Shown here: piece by piece, positions 16,266 through 23,674 of the stretch
How the letters are laid out: every line of letters begins with the position of its first letter
Position numbering within the stretch: position 1 is the first letter of the stretch
From: a virus
Lineage: Duplodnaviria > Caudoviricetes
Strand: one strand, 5' to 3'
Virus record (IMG/VR): IMGVR_UViG_3300037484_000276
Span: 1 to 40,468 of that record
Length of the DNA: 40,468 nt
Program-made: the position numbers and the translations under genes
The notes under the pieces: generated by a model
Told to the model about the DNA's origin: nothing
Database searches by the model: none
The model's input: the letters and a program-made list of their open reading frames with translations, nothing else

Positions 16266-16916
16266 CTAAAACATCAGAAAGAAATTACCAGCTAACAAAT
16301 GATAATTTACAACTAGCTTTGGCATATTACTACCAGCATCCGCTGTTGAAACAAGAACAGAACAAGCCTCACTATCCGACCATGCTGGTGCAGAATCATC
16401 AACATCTCCGCTACATCTAATAGCCAACTTAGTTATGCCAGTTTTACTTATCGCGGCTAATCCAGATGCATTTAGCGAGAAGTCGTTGTAGGCATTTAGA
16501 GTTACTGATCCAAAATCAATATCTGAGGCAAATCTAGTCGTTCCTGTTGTGGCATAGTCCCCATTGGCAAGTGCGGTGTTCGAGGCTGGATTAGAGGAAA
16601 CAACACTTAGTGATTGATTAAAATGGCTATCATCAATTAAAGTAACATAAAGTGAAAAAGTAGCAGAGTCTATTACGGCAGCGTTTGTCAATGAAGATGT
16701 ATCAAATAAAAAAATTCCTCTATAAATAAGCTTCCATTTGTCAATGTTTCCACCAGCTCTAAGCGAGGCAAGACTAACAACGCCTGAATCATCTACAGTA
16801 TTTCCTGCAGAAGCTACCAAGGCTGAAAATGTAAGACCATCCTCGTCATGGGCAACATATCCATCAACCGAGGTTGTTTCTGGACTTGCGTCTGGGTAAA
16901 AAGTTTGTGTTGCCAT
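16266..16916 (-). CDS. Virion adhesin/tail-associated beta-sandwich protein (DNRLRE-like)
   Basis: RGIFLFDTSSL...IDSATFSLY...PKLVVNY; hydrophobic tail GNFFLMF. Confidence 0.65.
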   Translation of the reverse strand: MATQTFYPDASPETTSVDGYVAHDEDGLTFSALVASAGNTVDDSGVVSLASLRAGGNIDKWKLIYRGIFLFDTSSLTNAAVIDSATFSLYVTLIDDSHFNQSLSVVSSNPASNTALANGDYATTGTTRFASDIDFGSVTLNAYNDFSLNASGLAAISKTGITKLAIRCSGDVDDSAPAWSDSEACSVLVSTADAGSNMPKLVVNYHLLAGNFFLMF

Positions 16917-16955
16917 TTATTTCTCCTGTAAATTCGTTAAACTTTGTTACGCAAA

Positions 16956-17201
16956 TTATAACACCGTTAATAGTTTGGAGATAAGCACCTTGGAGATTTT
17001 TTTGGTTTCATCGTCAAATGCAGGTAATGGTTGCGCAGGCGGTGCACTAACTGACGGCTGTCCCATCGGTTGCGGCGTTACTGGCCTTGGTATTGCCGGA
17101 GTTGCCCCGGTCTGTGAAAGTGTCGGTGGAACTGGCTGTTGTCCTGTTGAGGGTTGCCCCGAGCGGGCTAATAGCGCGGCGCGGATTTGGTCTGTGTTCA
17201 T
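16956..17201 (-). CDS. Pro/Gln-rich small protein
   Basis: 81 aa; TGATATAAT 7 nt before ATG; architecture resembles 19170-19487. Confidence 0.75.
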   Translation of the reverse strand: MNTDQIRAALLARSGQPSTGQQPVPPTLSQTGATPAIPRPVTPQPMGQPSVSAPPAQPLPAFDDETKKISKVLISKLLTVL

Positions 17202-17240
17202 TGAAATTATTATATCATAGACGCTAATCCATGTTGCCTA

Positions 17241-17269
17241 TTGACAATTATAAGATTATATCTTATAAT
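17241..17269 (+). promoter_or_regulatory. Consensus sigma70 promoter containing a perfect 10-bp palindrome
   Basis: TTGACA-17 nt-TATAAT; ATTATAAGAT-TAT-ATCTTATAAT. Confidence 0.85.
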
Positions 17270-17276
17270 ATCCATT

Positions 17277-17381
17277 ATGATTATAATTAATGCAATATTA
17301 TTTCTTTTGGCATTTGGATTGTTACTAAATCTCTTGGAGATATTCATGGGTTTTTTGAACGAGATTTTAAACAAACGTTAA
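17277..17381 (+). CDS. Small membrane peptide (34 aa, not in ORF track)
   Basis: MIIINAILFLLAFGLLLNLLEIFMGFLNEILNKR*; 7 nt after TATAAT. Confidence 0.65.
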   Translation: MIIINAILFLLAFGLLLNLLEIFMGFLNEILNKR

Positions 17382-17406
17382 CGCGTGAGTCTGTCACTTT
17401 CTCTAC

Positions 17407-18159
17407 TCATTTAGATTGGATGAGGAGGGTGTTTTTGATTGACTTATTTATTTTTGTCGTATTAAAAATTTCATAATCCCAGTTGCCCCCCGCTGTAGGG
17501 TATTTGATACCATCATACCCCTCGCTTTTGAGTATATTCATTAGTTTGTCGTTAATATGTGGAACCGAGGGGTCAACACCAGCTTTTTCAAACATCGCCT
17601 TAGCTCTTGGTGATGTAGAAGGTAGTACTTGGAAATGATTTTCGTTTAAGGCAATAATACCTTCTCCATATCCCTTAGCAATATTTTCGTCTGAAGTGAA
17701 GTATAGTTTTTTCAAGTCGCTTCTTACCCCCATAGCATTTAGACTCTCTACATTCTGCTTCGTAGTAGCGTGATAAATCTTTGGATATTCCCTTACTCCC
17801 CCTACTCCTTTAGGTTGGGTGGAGAGTGGTTCCCAAGTTTTCCCAATTTTAATTTCAATGGATTCTTTTGGTATATTTTTTTTGGTCCAACCTTGTTCTG
17901 GGAATTCCTGCCAATCTTTAGGAAGTTTGGATCTATTAACTCTTAACATAACTTCTTCTAGAGAACCGTAACCACGAGTTAATTCTTCTGTTGGAGCAAA
18001 ATAGACACCTTTACCATATTGACCAGCCGAAGGATTAAGTCCTTGATTTTTAATGTTTTCTAAGGCCCTACTAGCCGTGGGTGATATGGATGCTGTTGCA
18101 TAAGAAGAGGCGTCTGCTTCGTTAAAACTTGTTGTTAGGTGTGTAGCTTCAACTGCCAT
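17407..18159 (-). CDS. Chimeric protein: virion-type N-terminus plus two ADP-ribosyltransferase-like domains
   Basis: Domain 1: IKNQGL...GKGVYFA...GYG...IPKESIE. Domain 2: IYHAT...LYFTSDENIAKGYG...GYDGIKY...DYEIF. Confidence 0.7.
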   Translation of the reverse strand: MAVEATHLTTSFNEADASSYATASISPTASRALENIKNQGLNPSAGQYGKGVYFAPTEELTRGYGSLEEVMLRVNRSKLPKDWQEFPEQGWTKKNIPKESIEIKIGKTWEPLSTQPKGVGGVREYPKIYHATTKQNVESLNAMGVRSDLKKLYFTSDENIAKGYGEGIIALNENHFQVLPSTSPRAKAMFEKAGVDPSVPHINDKLMNILKSEGYDGIKYPTAGGNWDYEIFNTTKINKSIKNTLLIQSK

Positions 18160-18160
18160 C

Positions 18161-18940
18161 TTATGCCTCCACGATAGCGGCTACAATATTCCAAGTGGGC
18201 GTGGCCGAATTGTAGATACACCCGATATAGTGGGTTTTGCCCGCGACTGTTGTTGTAGGTGCGGTGCAACCAATGGCAATAAAACCTGTCCAAGTAAGCG
18301 CCTTAGCCACACCAGCATCTTTTAGTCTCACTATTAGTTTTTGGCCATTCACCGGAGTGCCCGTAACTGTAAATTCTGTGGCGTTGGCAATAGCAGTAAG
18401 CTGATACTGATCCGTAACATCAACGTCTATAACCGCCGTGGCATCGTCGGTTGCGGTGACAATCCTTGGGGTGATCCTCTTGTTTGTCAATGTGTCCGTG
18501 GTAGCCCTGCCTACTAAAGTATCTGTGGAAGTCGGCAATGTAATGGTTCCCGTATTTACAATGGTTGAGCCTGTGATTGTTATTGTCCCCGTAAACGTAG
18601 GCGAAGCAGATGTGGCTTTAGCATTAATCTGTGTTTGGATAGAGCTCGTAACTCCGTCAAGGTATCCAATTTCCGTGCTTGACACGCCTGCTACGATTGA
18701 TTGTTTTGCGTCGATCTGTGTTTGTATGGCGCTCGTGACACCATCCACGAAGTTAAGTTCCACGACTGAACTCGTAACCCCAAGTTCCGATAAAACCCCC
18801 CCCACTAGATTGGAGTAAGTAATTTTACGACTATCACCTGCGGCGTTCTCGCTCGTGGACGAAATATCAACTATGTAGAAAAAATCACCGCTAGCCGGCG
18901 TCGACAATCCCGTAATCGAAGTTAAAATGGCATTACTCAT
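18161..18940 (-). CDS. Tail fibre protein
   Basis: Repeats DGVTSAIQTQIDAK / DGVTSSIQTQINAK, SPTFTG, TDTLTNK, GQKLIVRLKD. Confidence 0.85.
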   Translation of the reverse strand: MSNAILTSITGLSTPASGDFFYIVDISSTSENAAGDSRKITYSNLVGGVLSELGVTSSVVELNFVDGVTSAIQTQIDAKQSIVAGVSSTEIGYLDGVTSSIQTQINAKATSASPTFTGTITITGSTIVNTGTITLPTSTDTLVGRATTDTLTNKRITPRIVTATDDATAVIDVDVTDQYQLTAIANATEFTVTGTPVNGQKLIVRLKDAGVAKALTWTGFIAIGCTAPTTTVAGKTHYIGCIYNSATPTWNIVAAIVEA

Positions 18941-19125
18941 GCTTGCAATCCTATCTTATTTCCATTCTGATAAAGTAAAAAATCCACCCCATTTTGTAAA
19001 AGCAATCCCGACTCAGAAAAGATAATGTCTGGCTCCCAGCTCGTCTGGTTTACGGCCACCTTAGTCCAATTTGTCTGATTTATAGAAGACTTAGTCCAAT
19101 TTGTAGATTTTACTGCAACTGCCAT
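18937..19125 (-). CDS. Small tail-associated protein with TNWTK repeats (62 aa)
   Basis: Start at the ATG at 19125, 6 nt after TGCTATAAT; LLLQNG..LLYQNG motif; ATGA overlap with the tail fibre gene. Confidence 0.7.
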   Translation of the reverse strand: MAVAVKSTNWTKSSINQTNWTKVAVNQTSWEPDIIFSESGLLLQNGVDFLLYQNGNKIGLQA

Positions 19126-19131
19126 GTCTTC

Positions 19132-19159
19132 ATTATAGCAAACCTTCTTATGATATAAT
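19132..19159. promoter_or_regulatory. Back-to-back extended -10 promoters
   Basis: TGCTATAAT on the - strand (19132-19140) and TGATATAAT on the + strand (19151-19159). Confidence 0.7.
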
Positions 19160-19169
19160 TTTAAGCAGA

Positions 19170-19487
19170 ATGGATCCCAACATAGGAAATTTCGGAGCGG
19201 CAATAGGCGGAGGAACCGAGATAATCGAGGCCATGAAACGCCGAGGTATGGGAGTCGGAGCGACCTCTCAAATATCACCAGCAGCCCCCACAGCACCAGA
19301 GAACTTGCCACCTGCTCCAGTCGGCTCAAATCCATCTTCAGCGGTTCCACAAAGACAGCCGCAAGTATTGCCACAGGCTGGACAACCTGGCGGAGTTCCC
19401 AGTCCTGAATCTTCCATAATTATTAAAGCACTAGATAGCCGTTTAAAATCACTTTCAAAGCTTCAGGAAATGGGAATGCAAGTATAA
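19170..19487 (+). CDS. Pro/Gln-rich small protein
   Basis: 105 aa; first gene of the plus-strand block. Confidence 0.75.
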   Translation: MDPNIGNFGAAIGGGTEIIEAMKRRGMGVGATSQISPAAPTAPENLPPAPVGSNPSSAVPQRQPQVLPQAGQPGGVPSPESSIIIKALDSRLKSLSKLQEMGMQV

Positions 19488-19546
19488 TGCTATAATTATC
19501 CAAAGAGGAATATACCCCACTAAAGGTGGGGTCTTATTTTTTAAAT

Positions 19547-20467
19547 ATGGCCACAACTTTCGTCGTACCAAAAGAATATGAAGGACTGACGCTCAGTCAA
19601 ATAGCCCAAAAGAAGGGCGGGTATGTTCCAAGGTTGGATCTCTTCGCCTCACAAGCTGGAATATCCCAAGAGACTCCGCTTACTGCGGGACAGAAGATAG
19701 ATTTTCCCACATCAAGCGGCGGGGAGTACGGCTGGGGCGCGAGCGTGTTCACCACGCCTGAGGCATACAGCAAACAGGAGTCCGAAGCATTCGCAGCCAA
19801 GCAGAAGGGCGAGGAGGAAGCTTTTATGGCTGCATTAAATGAAAAGGTTGCAGGACAAGAAAAGCTTGGCACTGCGGCAGAGCGGATAGGCGGAGAACTG
19901 CAACTGCCTGCGCTTAGGCAATCGGCATTCGATCTCACGCAGACCTTAAAGGGCATCCCGCAAACCCAAGAGACTATATCCAAGCAAGTAGGAATATCAG
20001 CGCCCAACCTTCAAAAAAGGATAGCGTCAGAGCAGGGAAGAATTGCTCCCTTAGCCCAAGAGGCTGTCTCACAGCAGCAATTTTCAGAACAGGAACTGGG
20101 GACAAGGCTCGGATATCTAGTAGCCGAGCAGGCCAAGGAGTTGGAACCATTCTACCAGGCGGCGCTACCCCTCCTGAGCGACAGACTTGCTCGTGAGCAA
20201 ACAAACTATACCCAAGACAAACAAAACGAATTTGACCTTCTTCTTACAAAGTTAAATCAAGGTTTTCAGGCTACCCAGGCAGAACTGGATAGGGCACAAC
20301 AGCTTGCCATAGCCGAAAGTCAATACACTCAAGTTAAAAATTCCCAGTCAATAGAGACGATAGGAGGGAGAAAGGTTTTGGTGACTTATGACAATAACGG
20401 GAATATCGTAAGTAAGGTTGATTTAGGGTCAAGCAGTAGTGGATTGAGTACAATGGACGGATGGTAA
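19547..20467 (+). CDS. Putative internal virion/ejection protein with LysM-like N-terminus
   Basis: FVV...GLTLSQIAQKKG...LTAGQKIDFP, then Gln/Glu/Ala helical region; ATG at 19547 preferred because the GTG at 19526 is inside a hairpin. Confidence 0.65.
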   Translation: MATTFVVPKEYEGLTLSQIAQKKGGYVPRLDLFASQAGISQETPLTAGQKIDFPTSSGGEYGWGASVFTTPEAYSKQESEAFAAKQKGEEEAFMAALNEKVAGQEKLGTAAERIGGELQLPALRQSAFDLTQTLKGIPQTQETISKQVGISAPNLQKRIASEQGRIAPLAQEAVSQQQFSEQELGTRLGYLVAEQAKELEPFYQAALPLLSDRLAREQTNYTQDKQNEFDLLLTKLNQGFQATQAELDRAQQLAIAESQYTQVKNSQSIETIGGRKVLVTYDNNGNIVSKVDLGSSSSGLSTMDGW

Positions 20468-20470
20468 ATT

Positions 20471-22090
20471 ATGCCAATATCAAAATATAATAACGATGGA
20501 ACGGTCGATGTTTATAACACCAAAACAGGTGAAGTTCGTACTGGTGTATATCCCCAGCAATTAAGCACAATTAGTCCTAATCTTGTGGCTGAATATCAGA
20601 AAGCACAAACACCAGAGTCCACTCTTGCGAGAAAAGAGGCGGAGGTTAAACTCCAAAAAATAGAGGCTGGTGGAGAAGAAGCTCCGAAACCTGAAACAGA
20701 GAGAGTAGTTGGTCAACTGGAAGACATATATTTTGGAAAAGAAGGAGAAGAATCCCTAGCCTTTGGTAAGTCTGGTCTTGGAGGTAGATTGCCAGGAGTA
20801 ACGAAAAAGATCGAAAGGCAAGTTTCTCCAGGCGAACCAGGTTCCGCAACCGAAAGATTGAATACCTATCTCAGGACTCTTGAATCTATAAGGCCACAAC
20901 TAGCGAAGGCGGCTGGCGATTCTGGAAATATAGCCTTCCAGGAGCAACTTCAAGCAGGTAAGGGACTACCACAACCCACCGATACTCCTACCGAAGCAAT
21001 AGAGATCATGCAATCTGCAAGGCAAAAGTTTGGACTAGAACGATCTGAAGAATTAGATAAACTAAAACAAGAAATTACTGGAGACATGCCCGATCTTTCT
21101 ATACAAGCTAATTTGCCTGAAACTCCACCAGAATTGGGTCCAACCGGAGAATTTAAAAATAGGACTTATCTAGAAAAGCTGTTCAGCTTAAAAGGAATCA
21201 AGCAATATGCCAAAGAAGCTCCCAAAATTGCAGGCAAGGGCGTCATCGCAACTGGACAGAATATCGGCGACATATTAACCGGCGATATCGAATCTGCCAG
21301 ACAAAGAAGCGAGCAATTTAAGCCGCAAACGGAAAGAGTTAAGGAATTAGACGATGCGGCCAGGGAAGAAATAATCGCAAAACTAGAAACGGTCGCTGGA
21401 TACCAAATGCTCAAGGGATTCTTGGCCCCCAAACTAGAACGGGCATTCGGGGCTAAAGCGCCAGAATTGACAGAAGACATACTGCGAAAAGGAACCGAGC
21501 AGGCTGCCAAGGGTAAAGAAGTAAGGAATGCGGCAATAAAAGAAGCAGAGGGATTTGGCAAGAAGGTAAGCGGGAATAAAATATATAGTTCAATAAGACA
21601 ATGGGCAGACGAGGCCATCCCAACATCAACCGATTCGGAGGAAAAAGGAATAAAGACCTTGCTCAAGAAAGCAGAGAGGTTTTACAAGGGCAAGAATATA
21701 AACCCTTTAACGGCAAAGAAAAGATGGGATACTGCGGTTACTGGATTTAAAACTTCGGGAAAAGCAGGAGACACCATCAAGTCGGGGTATCACATGGCAA
21801 TTAGGGATGGGATCAGGTCAGAGCTAGAAAGAGTGGCACCTGGATTTGAAAAAGGAACGGCAATGATACATGAAGGATTGCAAGAGGACAAAATTCTAAG
21901 CAGTATTGCAAGAAGCCTCGAAAGAGGAAAAATAGTAGAAGGACTTAAACCCACACCCTCCAAAGCGGGCGAATTTGCAAAGAAAACAGGCGGCAAAATT
22001 GTAGGAGGAGTAGCAACTGGAACGGGATTATATGCTCTTGCAAAAGTTCTCGGATTACAATTTTCGGGAGGGGCCTATGTACCGGATTAG
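20471..22090 (+). CDS. Putative DNA ejection/internal virion protein
   Basis: 539 aa, Ala/Gly/Glu/Lys-rich and helical, C-terminal GGVATGTGLYALAKVLG segment; lies between tail genes. Confidence 0.6.
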   Translation: MPISKYNNDGTVDVYNTKTGEVRTGVYPQQLSTISPNLVAEYQKAQTPESTLARKEAEVKLQKIEAGGEEAPKPETERVVGQLEDIYFGKEGEESLAFGKSGLGGRLPGVTKKIERQVSPGEPGSATERLNTYLRTLESIRPQLAKAAGDSGNIAFQEQLQAGKGLPQPTDTPTEAIEIMQSARQKFGLERSEELDKLKQEITGDMPDLSIQANLPETPPELGPTGEFKNRTYLEKLFSLKGIKQYAKEAPKIAGKGVIATGQNIGDILTGDIESARQRSEQFKPQTERVKELDDAAREEIIAKLETVAGYQMLKGFLAPKLERAFGAKAPELTEDILRKGTEQAAKGKEVRNAAIKEAEGFGKKVSGNKIYSSIRQWADEAIPTSTDSEEKGIKTLLKKAERFYKGKNINPLTAKKRWDTAVTGFKTSGKAGDTIKSGYHMAIRDGIRSELERVAPGFEKGTAMIHEGLQEDKILSSIARSLERGKIVEGLKPTPSKAGEFAKKTGGKIVGGVATGTGLYALAKVLGLQFSGGAYVPD

Positions 22091-22233
22091 ATTTCAAAAT
22101 CCTTGAAATCCTGAAATTCGTCAAAAGTTTCAATATCTTTTATTTTTTCCCTCAATTTATCGTTCTTTTCCTTTTCCTCATCAAAATCGAACCAAGCGGT
22201 AATTAATAATCCTAATATTATAAACCAAATCAT
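22087..22233 (-). CDS. Small membrane protein with acidic tail (48 aa, not in ORF track)
   Basis: MIWFIILGLLITAWFDFDEEKEK...DFEI*. Confidence 0.65.
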   Translation of the reverse strand: MIWFIILGLLITAWFDFDEEKEKNDKLREKIKDIETFDEFQDFKDFEI

Positions 22234-22234
22234 G

Positions 22235-22363
22235 TTATTTATTTAAATGTTTTAATTCCTTCATTCCTTCTTCATATTCTAGTTCATCAATATTATCGTC
22301 ATCCTTATTTTCAAAGATTTCAGATAAATAAATTATTAAAAAAATCAATATAAATAATTCCAT
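22235..22363 (-). CDS. Small membrane protein with acidic tail (42 aa, not in ORF track)
   Basis: MELFILIFLIIYLSEIFENKDDDNIDELEYEEG...*; follows a promoter. Confidence 0.65.
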   Translation of the reverse strand: MELFILIFLIIYLSEIFENKDDDNIDELEYEEGMKELKHLNK

Positions 22364-22372
22364 ATATCCTAT

Positions 22373-22401
22373 ATTATACTATTTTACAATTATAAAGTCA
22401 A
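22373..22401 (-). promoter_or_regulatory. Sigma70 promoter
   Basis: TTGACT-17 nt-TATAAT, 9 nt before the ATG at 22363. Confidence 0.75.
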
Positions 22402-22568
22402 GCATTTTGCTTCTTTTTCAGTTCTTTCTCCGTCATCTCCACGATTTCTGAAGACAAAGGTTCAATGCCATTCTTCTTGACGTTGAGAATGAGGCTAATT
22501 TCCCCAAATTTAGCCACTGGAATATAGATTACTTCCTTTTTGTTATGTTTAATGACTTGTATTTTCAT
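22398..22568 (-). CDS. Small hypothetical protein (56 aa)
   Basis: MKIQVIKHNKKEVIYIPVAKFGE...KQNA*; starts 1 nt after the upstream stop. Confidence 0.6.
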   Translation of the reverse strand: MKIQVIKHNKKEVIYIPVAKFGEISLILNVKKNGIEPLSSEIVEMTEKELKKKQNA

Positions 22569-22569
22569 A

Positions 22570-23037
22570 CTAGAAATTACTTGTACGTGAAATAAATTTA
22601 CTTTTCACACGAGCTGCGATAACTTGGCCCGCACCAGCGGATACATTTCTTATATAGATAGATATAACAGAACTATATCTGTGACCATCCCATTGATCGT
22701 AATTAAATGTTGGTGAGTTAAAAATCCATTGACTCTCAGTTACGGCCGACCCGTCAGGAAGTCTGTTTGCGGATGCGATAGTTCCTATATAAATTGAGAT
22801 ATAAGGCTCAACTATTAATAAATCATATTTCTTCTCGTGTGTAAATGTAAAGTCTATATTTACTTCTTCCCCGTTGCCAAGTGTGATTATTGAAGAAAAA
22901 CTGGTAGTTCCAGTTATGGAAAATATCTCGCCCAAGCTGCGTTCCTTTACGGCCGATGGCTGTATTTCTCTCTGAGATATGCGCCTAGGATTATCCTGCC
23001 GGATGGGAACAGGCAGGATTGTTTCGAAATCGGTCAT
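22570..23037 (-). CDS. Putative tail protein
   Basis: 155 aa, beta-rich, in the tail module. Confidence 0.6.
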   Translation of the reverse strand: MTDFETILPVPIRQDNPRRISQREIQPSAVKERSLGEIFSITGTTSFSSIITLGNGEEVNIDFTFTHEKKYDLLIVEPYISIYIGTIASANRLPDGSAVTESQWIFNSPTFNYDQWDGHRYSSVISIYIRNVSAGAGQVIAARVKSKFISRTSNF

Positions 23038-23641
23038 TGTCTTTTAAGTTCCTCTGGTTTAATAATACCATTTTTGTAATCATATCTTCGGTGGCAAGGA
23101 GTACAGACCCTCATCCAATCTGATAAAACCCTTTTGTATTTACCAGTTTTATTTGCCCACTCATATTTTCTATTACTTATATCTCCACATTTATCACATT
23201 TTTGAGGTGTTCCCTTCTTTCTTTTTATCCAGTCGTGTAGACCGTAGTAACCGACATCGTTTCCCTTCCAGTTAGACTGTTCATGCTCCTTCCTGTTTTT
23301 TATAAAGCAATTCCAGCAAAGTTGACTTTTTCCAGGATTCCTTGATAACTTTTTGTCACACTCTAAACATTTTTTTAGTCCACCTTTCCAACTGGGACTT
23401 TTTTCTCCAGCGTTATATCCTTTTAATCCTTTGTTCCAAGGCTCTGGCATTACGCCCTTCCTTCCCCTATTCCATGGAATCATTCCTTTCTTGAATTTAG
23501 TTTTTGACTTTGAAGGTTTACCTTTCTTAGCTCTACTTATTTTATCTTTTGTCTCTTTAGATCTTTTTTTACCAAGGAGTGGATGTGGATTTTCTTCTAC
23601 CCACTTCTTTAAATTTTTATATCTCCAGTTTTTTTAGGCAT
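23034..23641 (-). pseudogene. NUMOD3/HNH-type homing endonuclease with a frameshift near its 5' end
   Basis: The ATG at 23641 stops after 10 codons; adding one A to the A7 run joins it to the 23034-23483 ORF (PWNKG, CDKCG, EWAN, CTPCH). Confidence 0.6.
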
Positions 23642-23674
23642 AAATAATTATACCACAAAATAGGGAATGTGCCA

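Noticed and set aside
19060-19104. 15-nt direct repeat CTTAGTCCAATTTGT as a mini-CRISPR
   Set aside because: Only two short copies 30 nt apart; they encode TNWTK peptide repeats.
18937-19374. 145-aa version of this ORF, and similar extended starts at 5418, 8948, 14238, 14763, 19526, 30623 and 35818
   Set aside because: The extensions overlap other genes, promoters or hairpins; downstream starts fit the promoter spacing or gene overlaps better.
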